From the IMG/VR virus record IMGVR_UViG_3300030085_002643: a stretch of DNA of 64,000 nt, one strand, 5' to 3'. Positions 45,271 to 55,100 of this stretch are shown piece after piece. The notes beneath the pieces are model-generated. The model saw nothing but the letters and a program-made list of their open reading frames with translations, ran no database searches and was not told where the DNA came from. Source of the DNA: an uncultured virus (IMG/VR IMGVR_UViG_3300030085_002643) (Duplodnaviria; Heunggongvirae; Uroviricota; Caudoviricetes; Kyanoviridae). Each line of letters begins with the position of its first letter. The stretch's first letter is position 1. Both the position numbers and the translations under genes were made by a program.

Positions 45271-45300
45271 TTGACAGATATGCCCATTATGCCTTATAAT
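45271..45300 (+). promoter_or_regulatory. sigma70-type promoter
   Basis: TTGACA, 18 nt, TATAAT; mirrored TGTCAA at 45228-45233. Confidence 0.7.
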
Positions 45301-45345
45301 AACACTGTAAGGGTTCAGAAACACTCTTAGTAACTATTGAGACTT

Positions 45346-45543
45346 ATGCAGTACATCATCTACGACAATCAACATGAGTGCAGAGGTACTTTCAATTCCA
45401 TATATGACATGGAAAGGTACATTGATGGGTTACGCAATGATCGCAATGAACAGTACCCCAATACTCCGAGAATGTCTTGCTTTGATTATATCAAGTCAAT
45501 CGGATGGTGTTGGGATGTTGTTGACAATCATGCAGCGGTATAG
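45346..45543 (+). CDS. hypothetical protein
   Basis: MQYIIYDNQ...SCFDYIKSIGW. Confidence 0.7.
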   Translation: MQYIIYDNQHECRGTFNSIYDMERYIDGLRNDRNEQYPNTPRMSCFDYIKSIGWCWDVVDNHAAV

Positions 45544-45549
45544 TATAAT
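45521..45549 (+). promoter_or_regulatory. perfect consensus sigma70 promoter
   Basis: TTGACA, 17 nt, TATAAT. Confidence 0.8.
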
Positions 45550-45741
45550 GAAGCATGACAGTATTAGGGGATCTCCGATGTAACTAACGTGCCTGGTATT
45601 AAATGTTGTAAATGGCAGTGTTTTTATGCCCCCTAAATGTTAAAATCGGCCACTACCCTAACCTACAAAGGTTCCCAGACGCCTTAAATATTATTCGAGT
45701 AATACTTAACGGCGTATATAAAAAAATTTCTGAGACAAAAA

Positions 45742-45957
45742 ATGGACCCCAAGACCCGCGTAGAAAGACAAGATGCTCGTGTATGGGCAATAGAGCAACT
45801 GATTAGGTATGAAGGTATGTTAGATCCCAGAATGTATGAATGTGCAGACTATGCTACATCTGCAGGTTCAGTACAGGATGTGAAAGATCTATATACACTA
45901 TGGGTTGAGTGGAAAGAGAACAATCCTACTAATAACCCGCAGATAAACCGCCTATAG
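45742..45957 (+). CDS. hypothetical protein
   Basis: 71 aa; LDPRMYECAD. Confidence 0.75.
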   Translation: MDPKTRVERQDARVWAIEQLIRYEGMLDPRMYECADYATSAGSVQDVKDLYTLWVEWKENNPTNNPQINRL

Positions 45958-45967
45958 ACTAAAGATT

Positions 45968-46135
45968 ATGTCCCATAGATTCACAACAGCATTAGAGGAA
46001 GACGATTACGGAGATCTTATCCTCACTATTCCCTATGATATGTGTGAAGAGATGGGTTGGAACATCGGCACAGAACTTCAGTATGAACTGACCGATGACG
46101 GAGAAGGATTTATCTTAAAGAAAGTGAATGACTGA
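45968..46135 (+). CDS. AbrB/MazE/SpoVT-like DNA-binding protein (55 aa)
   Basis: Manual ORF; GDLILTIPYDMCEEMGWNIGTELQYE...FILKK fits the swapped-hairpin pattern. Confidence 0.65.
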   Translation: MSHRFTTALEEDDYGDLILTIPYDMCEEMGWNIGTELQYELTDDGEGFILKKVND

Positions 46136-46352
46136 AAAAGATCAAGAAGAAGTATCAGTAGCACTGAATGCTATCAATGACTGTCTGAAAGCACTCCACG
46201 AGCGTCTAGAAGCGGTCGAAAAGTATGTTCAGGAGTTACCTACCCCAGACAAGACTTATTACAAACCTGAGGGGCAAGATGAGTATCTCAATATCAAAGG
46301 AAATTATGATCAAATCTATCAGCGTTTAAAGAAATTAGAAGATGGGATGTAA
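46128..46352 (+). CDS. hypothetical coiled-coil protein
   Basis: 74 aa ORF overlapping both neighbours. Confidence 0.75.
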   Translation: MTEKDQEEVSVALNAINDCLKALHERLEAVEKYVQELPTPDKTYYKPEGQDEYLNIKGNYDQIYQRLKKLEDGM

Positions 46353-48936
46353 GGTAACTGCTAGAGGACAAAACCCAGTCTGTAATGGACTGACAGTTAA
46401 CACTAACCACTGCACAAACTATGACCCTAATGGTCAAGGTGTAGGGTTAACTTTTAGTGAGTATCCTCAGGCAGTTGTAAGAACAGGATCATATTACATT
46501 CCTGCAAGAGATCACAACTTCGTGATGTACGATAATACCCAGCAATGTCTGAACCGTTGGGGAAGCAGTATTCCTGTGAGTGCAGCAACATGTGGGAAAC
46601 TAACGAAGGTAAGTCCCTGTGATGCAGATTGCACAATGTTCTATGAGTATACCCCGTCAGAACTATCATTTGACTTCAATTACTCTGATACATGGTTCTC
46701 ATACCTCTATGATGTATCTAATAAGGCAGGACATGTTGGTACTCCTGCATTTTATATTGAGGACGAGGACCGAAACTCCACAGGGGGAACAGATCCTGGC
46801 ACAGGAGAGGCATTAGCAGATAGTGTTGATTCTTCATCTAGGTGTATTCCTTGCACTGGATTTACCTGTACCGCCGCGTCCACAAATCTAAGATATACCT
46901 GTGACACTGATTATACAGGAGATCCCGACTGTCCTCACCCAACACTATTCGGGTTTGGAACCACATCATATAAAGTAGCATTCAAATACGACGCACTTTC
47001 TACACAACTTCCTAATGGCGTCACTGATATTGAAGTCTCCTACGACGGATCCACATATACTGATGTATGGGATGAGAATGCATTACAAGGCACACCATAC
47101 GTCACATCACAAAATACATGGGAATCTGGTGAAGAATCATTTGAAGATTTTGAAGTATATGACCTAAATGGTAGCGGGGCGACCTCAGGACTTAGAGTAA
47201 AGTTCAGAATCTACCCTCAACTAAGCAATACAAGCACCATCACAGGCACCGTATGGGAGATTACAGAGGTTTTAGCACCTGGTTCAGGGTATTCTGTAGG
47301 TGATGTCTTCTCTCTTACCTATACACATACACATCCAAGCACCACTTCAACTACTTTTACACTGAATCTTAGGGTCAAAGCAGTTGCATCGGTCAGTACC
47401 TTTGCTGGTAGTTCTGGTTTTGACGTGTTACGCAGCGGTGATACCATCAATGGACATACTATTCTCCGCGCTTTCCACACAGATGACCAAAATTTCCAGT
47501 TTCATGTGTTATATTTGGATGGAAGCGGCAATAATTTTGCTAAAGACACACAATATACGTCAAATAGGGCACACCAAATCACCACAATTGCAGGATATGG
47601 TATACCCGACCGCGCTATCCTCATCGGAAAGTATGAATTTGTCGAAAAATCGATGCAATTTCTCACTGCCGACATCGATCCTTCCGCTCCAGACATCTAT
47701 AACACCATCAGACAACCCCAAATAACACTAGCAATCACAAATGGTCGCGTAACAGGCGCTACAATTACGGATGGAGGTGCTGGTTGGAACACTTTGAAGG
47801 AACCACCTGACCTTGTAGTCACTGCACCACTAGTTGCAAGCGGAAAAAATGCGGAATTGGAAGGTACATTTACCAATGGAGTGCTTACAGCAGTAGAAAT
47901 TACTCAAAGTGGTAGCGGATATGACGAAAATAATCCGCCGCAAGCGTGGATTCGCAATATTTACAACGAAACATCGAGAACTGACCAGATTTATCCCGAC
48001 GATACCTATAAACCTACCGATACTAACGATAGAATTGTTGAAATTGTCAATAATTTACCCAAACCAGAGGTTACATCCGTTGATGTGAGTTCTTATGCAA
48101 CAGATTTTCCAGATGGATTCGATGCATTGATCAAATTTGGACTATCTCAGTCTCAAATTGAGTCAATTCTTAGTTCAAATGAGTCTCAAAGACAACAAAT
48201 TGTCGAAGCTGCTGCTCCAGCAGTCACTCAACAGGAACTTGACGAGTTAAAACAGATTTTTGACGTTGATACAGAGATTACAACTACAACTGAAACCCAA
48301 ACAGCGAATATTAAGTTAGATCCAGACCGTAGAAGAGTCCAACAAAAGGCACAAGAACTATATTCCGCTCCAGCACTCGAAAAACTCCGTGAAGTTGATC
48401 GAGTAGATCAGTATAATACTCAGTTTTTGGACGATTCTGGATTACCTGATAGTATGAAGCAGTTTACTAAGGATCATAAACAGTTTAGACTTGATACAAA
48501 AGAGTCTGTGATTAGTGAAATGACTCAAGAACAGATTCCTGAGTATACAAACTATAAGGAAACCTTCGTTGAGACCGTACAGGGTCCATTTATCAACCTC
48601 CCTGCCGCGTCTCCGAACACTAAATACATTATGACGCAATATCGCCCAGATCCTACGTCATCGACAACTATTAAAGTCACACTCTCTATGGATCCAGTGA
48701 ATGTAGGCAAAACGCACTTCACTTGCAACGCGCCTGCAGGAACAACTGGTGGAACATCTACTGGAGATAATGGTGAAACTATTACTACAACATATACAAT
48801 GTCTGCATTATTAGGACCTGGTTGTCAACCATGGTCAATTAAAGGTGATATGAAAATATGGCATGATCTTGGCAGAGCAGGTCAAGCAGCAAAAGACGCT
48901 GGCGAAGCATACGGAAACCCATTTGAGATAACTTGA
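46342..48936 (+). CDS. virion structural protein (Cys-rich N-terminus, GSGY repeats)
   Basis: Many Cys in the first ~200 aa; PGSGY/GGAGW/SGSGY repeats like those in the gp7-like gene; precedes PAAR. Confidence 0.7.
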   Translation: MGCKVTARGQNPVCNGLTVNTNHCTNYDPNGQGVGLTFSEYPQAVVRTGSYYIPARDHNFVMYDNTQQCLNRWGSSIPVSAATCGKLTKVSPCDADCTMFYEYTPSELSFDFNYSDTWFSYLYDVSNKAGHVGTPAFYIEDEDRNSTGGTDPGTGEALADSVDSSSRCIPCTGFTCTAASTNLRYTCDTDYTGDPDCPHPTLFGFGTTSYKVAFKYDALSTQLPNGVTDIEVSYDGSTYTDVWDENALQGTPYVTSQNTWESGEESFEDFEVYDLNGSGATSGLRVKFRIYPQLSNTSTITGTVWEITEVLAPGSGYSVGDVFSLTYTHTHPSTTSTTFTLNLRVKAVASVSTFAGSSGFDVLRSGDTINGHTILRAFHTDDQNFQFHVLYLDGSGNNFAKDTQYTSNRAHQITTIAGYGIPDRAILIGKYEFVEKSMQFLTADIDPSAPDIYNTIRQPQITLAITNGRVTGATITDGGAGWNTLKEPPDLVVTAPLVASGKNAELEGTFTNGVLTAVEITQSGSGYDENNPPQAWIRNIYNETSRTDQIYPDDTYKPTDTNDRIVEIVNNLPKPEVTSVDVSSYATDFPDGFDALIKFGLSQSQIESILSSNESQRQQIVEAAAPAVTQQELDELKQIFDVDTEITTTTETQTANIKLDPDRRRVQQKAQELYSAPALEKLREVDRVDQYNTQFLDDSGLPDSMKQFTKDHKQFRLDTKESVISEMTQEQIPEYTNYKETFVETVQGPFINLPAASPNTKYIMTQYRPDPTSSTTIKVTLSMDPVNVGKTHFTCNAPAGTTGGTSTGDNGETITTTYTMSALLGPGCQPWSIKGDMKIWHDLGRAGQAAKDAGEAYGNPFEIT

Positions 48937-48937
48937 T

Positions 48938-49519
48938 ATGCCACTACTAGGAGCCTCAGGAGCAGCACTATACGCAGGAACTTGCACGGGTCACGGAACG
49001 GGAACTGGATCGTCTCATCATCCTGGTCTTGGTGGCGGTGTTCTACCAGGTCCACCTTGTCCATTACCGTCAGGTTATGATCCACGAGTGGTTCCACAAA
49101 GCGTTGCTGCTATGAATGCAACAACATTGTGGCCACCAACACCTCAATTACCACTAACTCCCTTAGGAGCACTCCGAAATGTGGTAATTAATGGTATACT
49201 ACCTATAGTTGATCTAGATCTTCTCACTCCACACCCAACACCAACCATTCATACTGTTACGGTTGTTATGCCAATCCCTAACAGTCCTCCTTGCACCGAT
49301 ACTAAACCTGTTGGAGCATATTGGTGTACACTTGGTCCTGTGGCAGGTAGAGAGGCACCAACGGGACATCCTCGGAAGGCACTCGCTACTAGTAAGTCGG
49401 TTTGGATCAATGGTCGTCGCGCTGCAAGGTTCGGTGACCCACTTGGTGATGGCACACCAGCATTCCCGTGTAACTCTTTTATCTCGGGATGCAGTCCTAA
49501 TGTTTTTATCGGTAATTAA
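48938..49519 (+). CDS. PAAR-domain spike tip protein (gp5.4-like)
   Basis: CTGHG, NVVINGILP, PHP, GHP, SVWINGRRAARFGD, C...CSPNVFIG. Confidence 0.85.
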   Translation: MPLLGASGAALYAGTCTGHGTGTGSSHHPGLGGGVLPGPPCPLPSGYDPRVVPQSVAAMNATTLWPPTPQLPLTPLGALRNVVINGILPIVDLDLLTPHPTPTIHTVTVVMPIPNSPPCTDTKPVGAYWCTLGPVAGREAPTGHPRKALATSKSVWINGRRAARFGDPLGDGTPAFPCNSFISGCSPNVFIGN

Positions 49520-49521
49520 TT

Positions 49522-49668
49522 ATGGCAAAAATGAAAAAATCCCTTTCTGGGACTTCCTTCGTCGAAGCAGTTCCTAAAAAGACTCGTCAAGGTGCAGGTC
49601 AGCATACAAAATATGCTGCAACGTCCAGAAATAATGCTAAAAAGCGTTATCGGGGTCAAGGTCGCTAA
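49522..49668 (+). CDS. small basic protein ending KKRYRGQGR (48 aa)
   Basis: Manual ORF between PAAR and gp25; stop overlaps late promoter TAAATA at 49666-49671. Confidence 0.75.
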   Translation: MAKMKKSLSGTSFVEAVPKKTRQGAGQHTKYAATSRNNAKKRYRGQGR

Positions 49669-49694
49669 ATAATACGGGAACTGCCCCGTAATCG

Positions 49695-50114
49695 ATGGCT
49701 TTAAAAAAAGTAAGTGGTAAAAGTGTGTCGAGGTCTCGTAGTTTTACGGACCTCGCAATTGGTATGGCAAGAAATGCTAATACCAAAGATGTTGCTGTCG
49801 TCAAAAATGACAATGCAATCAAACAAGCGGTCAGGAATTTGATTTTGACCACACCAGGAGAGAAACCATTTCAACCTTTGGTTGGATCTAACATCTCACA
49901 GTTGTTATTTGAACCTCTGGATGATTTTACAGAGGACGCAATTAGACAAGAGATCATAAATACCATTAACCGTTTTGAACCGCGTGTACGTTTAGAAACC
50001 GTTGAGGTTATTGGTAATTTTTCCAGAAATACATTTGATGTAGCAGTTGAATATAGAATTGTCGGGATCCCAATCGTAGAAACCATCGAGTTCGTATTAC
50101 AGAGACCTGAATAA
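49695..50114 (+). CDS. gp25: baseplate wedge subunit gp25
   Basis: AIKQAVRNLILT..GEKPFQP..GS...LLFEP...FEPRV. Confidence 0.95.
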   Translation: MALKKVSGKSVSRSRSFTDLAIGMARNANTKDVAVVKNDNAIKQAVRNLILTTPGEKPFQPLVGSNISQLLFEPLDDFTEDAIRQEIINTINRFEPRVRLETVEVIGNFSRNTFDVAVEYRIVGIPIVETIEFVLQRPE

Positions 50115-52141
50115 TGCAACCAAACAATTTAACAGCGTTAAATTTTGAGGATATTAAGTCTTCAATCAAATCCTACCTAAGAACTCGTAACGAATTCTCG
50201 GATTATGATTTTGAAGGGTCTTCATTATCATATCTTATCGATATATTAGCGTATAACACATATTATACATCATTCAATGCTAATATGGCGATGAATGAGG
50301 CGTTTTTGCCTTCTGCAACAGTTAGAGATAATGTTGTTAACGTTGCAAAACTCTTAAACTATGTCCCACGTTCAGTTGTAGCATCAAAAGGTTGTTTAAA
50401 ACTGGATGTACAAACAAGTCAGACTGCAGGTGCATATCCTAGTAGTGTAACTTTAAAGAAAGGACCAGTATCATCTGGCGGAAACTATATTTTTAATATT
50501 TTAGAAGATATTACTACAACTGTTAATACAACAACAGGTCTTGCCACTTTTGACAATGTAATGGTGCAAGAAGGAAGTGTTGTTACTTTCCAATATGTTG
50601 TAAACACCTTCGCATCTCAGGTGTATAAAGTCCCTTCAGAAGATGCAGACATTTCTACTCTTAGTGTAAGAGTAAAACCCAACGAATCATCTACAACATC
50701 AGATTTGTACAGTTTGACTGATACAATTACTGATTTAACTGCAGTAACTCGTGCATACTTCCTTAGTGAGGGTGAAGATATGCGTTATGAGGTAAAATTT
50801 GGTGATGACACTGCAGGTAGAGCATTGAAAGATGGTGAGGTCGTTATTTTAGAATATTTGGTTTGTTCTGGAACAGAAGCAAATGAAATTTCCTCATTTT
50901 CTTTCATTGGAACCATTACAGACAATATTGGAAACAATTATGCTGGCGCGGATGTAACGCTGACTGTAAAAGAGAAGTCACAACTTGGTTCTGCTGCAGA
51001 AACTCTTGAATCCATCAAATATAATGCTCCAAGATATTATTCAGCACAATATAGAGCAGTAACAGCACAAGACTATGCTCTTATTACTAAAAAGGTATAT
51101 TCCAACGCAGATTCTGTCGTTGCTTACGGTGGAGATTCTCTAACTCCTCCAATTTACGGAAAAGTATATATTGCAATCAAAACAAAGACTGGATCTTTGC
51201 TCAATGATGCAACAAAGAAAACAATCGCTGCAGATTTGAGAAAATATGCAATGGCATCGATTGATCCTGTTATTATTGATCCTGAAGAGATGTATTTGTA
51301 TATAAAAGTGTTTGGACAATACGATCCTGGCACTGCATCAAATACCTCTGATATTAAAACTAATATTCAGAATGGAATTAATGATTGGGCGTCTCAATCT
51401 CAAATCAACAACTTCAATTCCACCTTTAGAGCACAAGCGTTTGAAAAAGCAGTTACTTTATCTGATAAGAGTATCAGTGATGTGTCTCTGCAACTTTCTG
51501 TATTGAAATATATCAATCCGAATACAAATCAGACCAATACTTATTGTATTGCTACTGGTGCGGATCTATATGATAGTGCTCCAAGTAATTCTGATGGAAC
51601 TACTTGTAAGAAAGAACCTGTATTGCTCTCAGGACCGTTTAGAACGGCAGATAGACCAGGAATTGATCAACAGTTTGAAGATGATGGTTTCGGCAATCTG
51701 AGGACCTTCTACAACACAGGTAATAAGAAGGTTTATACTAATAATGCTGCAGGAACTGTAAATTACAGCACAGGTCAAATTTGTTTTGGTCCCATCAACA
51801 TTATTGGTGCAGGAAACGACGTACCTCCTTCTGGTGCAATTAATATCACAGATTCGACCACTGGTTCAGGAAGTGTCACAAATCCAGATTTATTACCTAG
51901 TGGTCTTGCAATTCCTGTTCTGTTTATTCCAGCAAACGTCTCAACAATTCCTGCTGCAACACCAGGCACAATCATTAATGTGATTAACCCAGAGGTTACA
52001 GTTGTCCCAGTTGGAACAACTCCTCCTCCCACAATCCCTCTAAATAGTTTGACGCCACAAACATTTGTAACTGTCCCATCAACAATTACTGTTGCTGACA
52101 TTTCAAACAATGGCGACTTAACAACCTCCTCTTGTTTCTAA
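50114..52141 (+). CDS. gp6: baseplate wedge subunit gp6
   Basis: LNFEDIK...FSDYDFEGS.LS.L.D.LAYNTYY, Q.RAVT..DY, YGKVYI. Confidence 0.95.
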   Translation: MQPNNLTALNFEDIKSSIKSYLRTRNEFSDYDFEGSSLSYLIDILAYNTYYTSFNANMAMNEAFLPSATVRDNVVNVAKLLNYVPRSVVASKGCLKLDVQTSQTAGAYPSSVTLKKGPVSSGGNYIFNILEDITTTVNTTTGLATFDNVMVQEGSVVTFQYVVNTFASQVYKVPSEDADISTLSVRVKPNESSTTSDLYSLTDTITDLTAVTRAYFLSEGEDMRYEVKFGDDTAGRALKDGEVVILEYLVCSGTEANEISSFSFIGTITDNIGNNYAGADVTLTVKEKSQLGSAAETLESIKYNAPRYYSAQYRAVTAQDYALITKKVYSNADSVVAYGGDSLTPPIYGKVYIAIKTKTGSLLNDATKKTIAADLRKYAMASIDPVIIDPEEMYLYIKVFGQYDPGTASNTSDIKTNIQNGINDWASQSQINNFNSTFRAQAFEKAVTLSDKSISDVSLQLSVLKYINPNTNQTNTYCIATGADLYDSAPSNSDGTTCKKEPVLLSGPFRTADRPGIDQQFEDDGFGNLRTFYNTGNKKVYTNNAAGTVNYSTGQICFGPINIIGAGNDVPPSGAINITDSTTGSGSVTNPDLLPSGLAIPVLFIPANVSTIPAATPGTIINVINPEVTVVPVGTTPPPTIPLNSLTPQTFVTVPSTITVADISNNGDLTTSSCF

Positions 52142-52148
52142 GTTGTAG

Positions 52149-55100
52149 ATGAATATCAATAAGGTCTCCCAGTCTATTGTCTCTCAGACACCAGATTTTA
52201 TTGAGAACGATTATCCACTATTCAATAAATTTATTGAATATTACTATCGTTCTCAAGAAAAGACGGGTTTAGGTCAGAATATCCTCAATGAGTTTTTACA
52301 ATATCTTGATATTGATAAACTTAATATTGATATTTTAGATGGTGCTACCAAGTTGGTAGAACCTATTTCTACGACTACTGATGAAATCGTAGTTGAAAGT
52401 GTTGATGCCTTCTTGAAAACAGATGGTTCGGTTTTAATTGGTAACGAGGTTGTATATTATGAGTCTACTACTGCTTCTCCTAACATTGCCCTGAGTCCTG
52501 GCATTTCTTATGAGCAAGTAAAATTAAAGTGGACAACTCTTGCAAATTTAATTGACAGTTTTGATGGCACTACAACCAGATTCAATCTGACCTCTCAAGA
52601 CAGTCCTATTGCAGCACCTTCTGCACAGCATTTAATTGTCTCTAATTATGGAGATATTTTAACACCAGGTGTTGATTACACCGTCGATGGTACGCAGATT
52701 GTATATACTACTGCACCTAGACAAAGAATTCCTGCTGACGACAGCACCTCAACGTACGTTACATATTTGAGTGGATTTGTCGAAAACACTATTGTTGCTA
52801 TTGATAATCTTTCTGGAGGATTTGGCGACGGAAAGAGACAATTTACTATGACGAGAAATGGTTCTCCTTACGAACCTACTGTAGATGAATATGTTCTTGC
52901 AGTTTATGACAAGCGTTTATTAGTTCCAAAAGTTGATTTTTTCATTGATGGTGATCAGTTTATCTTTTTAACTGCACCTCTTAATGGTCGTTTCTTATCA
53001 TTATATTCTATCGAAGCACCTATTCCTTCCTTTGGTTCTGGTGCTCTAGGATATTCTCGTGTTGATAATAATGGAACTCTTACCAGTGTTTCTATCAATG
53101 CAACTGGTAGTAACTATCGTTTTGAATATCCCCCTAAAGTTTCTGTCAACTCTGAAAATGGCAGTGGCGCGTCTGTATCTACTCTTGTAAATGGTATTAA
53201 ATCCGTAACACTGCTAGATGGTGGTAAAGGATATAGTGACACCAACCCTCCTGTTGTTCAGGTTCAATCTCCAACAAAACCTGGTTCTACAGCAGCAACT
53301 CTTAAAGCGACTGTAACCAACGGCAGTATTTCTAATCTAGAAGTTGTAGGATCTGGTAGTGGATATACATTCACTCCTAGAATCACATTCAAACAACCTG
53401 GTGGTGCTGTATTAGGAACACCCACGATTACCAATGGTCAAATTACTGGAACTATCCCTATTACCAATGGTGGTTTCGGATATACTACCGTTCCTACAAT
53501 TTATATTGATGAACCTACAGGAACTAACCCAATCAAGGCAACTCTTATTCCTGTTTTAACTGATGGTGTTATTACATCAGTAACTATTGCCAATGCAGGT
53601 CAGGGTTATACCTCTGCTCCTAGAATTTCTGTAATTGATCCTGTTGGTGCTCAAGTATTATCAACCACTGTTGATACTAATGGTAGACTAATCGGTATTG
53701 AATTGTTAGATGGTGGTAGTGGATATGATGATGTACCTTCTGTGTATGTTGTAGATAATAGAACTGATAATCAGGGTAATTATGCTGGCGGCACAGGTGC
53801 AACAGCAACCGCTGCTATCTTCAACGGCAGAATTACTGATATCAACATCACGGCATTTGGTTCTGGATATAGTCAAACTAATCCACCTTCAATTGTCATT
53901 CAGAGTCCTCCTGAGGCAAAAGCATCTGCCGAAATTGGTTTGAATGAAGTTACTGGTTTCAAAGTAAATCAGGCAGGTGCAGGATACTTAAAAGCAAAAC
54001 TAGTTGGTTGTTCTAGAGCAGCAAGTGGTATTACTGCTTATACAGAAGACGGTAACGCCGTATTTACTAATACTACTGTTGCGTCTGCATCTGATGCTAA
54101 TACTCCTGTAAAATGTCTTGATGCACTGTTTGTCAAGAGATTACTCGACAAATATACAGAACAGTTCTTACCAGATGTTCCTGAACTCGATTATAAGAAA
54201 ATCGATGTTAGAACTGCAATTAAAACAATTAAAGATTTTTATACTGCAAAGGGTACATCTTTCAGTATCAGTTACTTGTTCAAACTGCTTTATGGTGAAC
54301 AAGTAAGTATTACATATCCAAAAGATCAGATTATTAAACCATCTGCAGCAACTTGGTCTATTGATACTATTTTGCGTGCAACTCTGGTAAGTGGTAATCC
54401 TATCGATATCAGAGATGGTCTTTTAACTCAAGACGCCGATATTGCTGACACTAACGTTCAAGCAGCAAGTGCTCTGATTGAAAACTATATTTCTATTAAA
54501 ACTTCTGATGTAGAGATCTATGAATTAGTTCTTTCGGAAGAAACCATTAATGGAACGTTTACAGTTCCATATAAAACAAAACTTGCCGAACCTTTGGGAA
54601 CAGAAGACAGCATCATCACTGTTGACTCTACTATTGGTTGGCCAGAAAGAAACGGTGAGTTTATTATTGGAAATGGTGAAGTTGTAAGATATAAAGAAAA
54701 ATCTCTTAACCAGTTTATTGAGTGTACACGTTCTGTTAACGGTATTGTTGAAGATTGGGATTCTGCAACCGAAGTATCTTCAAATTTCCAAGTATCAGTT
54801 AACAAAGGCACTCCTCAGGAAGTTGTCATGAGAATTGTTGGTATCGTTGATGCACAACAAACTAATCTTACTGACACTGGTTCATACTACCTTCCTGGCG
54901 ACAAATTAACAGTTTCTAAGTTAGGTGGAACAGGAACTAACGCTGAATTGACAACTTGGTTGTATAATGTTAAAAAATTAATCACTGTATCTGGTATTAC
55001 GTTTGGTGGTGTTAACAATCAATCTGCAACTGTAACTTGTTCTAATAATCATGGTTTGTTAGTTGGTGATCAAGTTACAATTTATGGTGCCAATCCAATC

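Noticed and set aside
49673..49690. TACGGG/CCCGTA hairpin before gp25 as a terminator
   Set aside because: Short stem, no U tract, directly after a late promoter; function not supportable.
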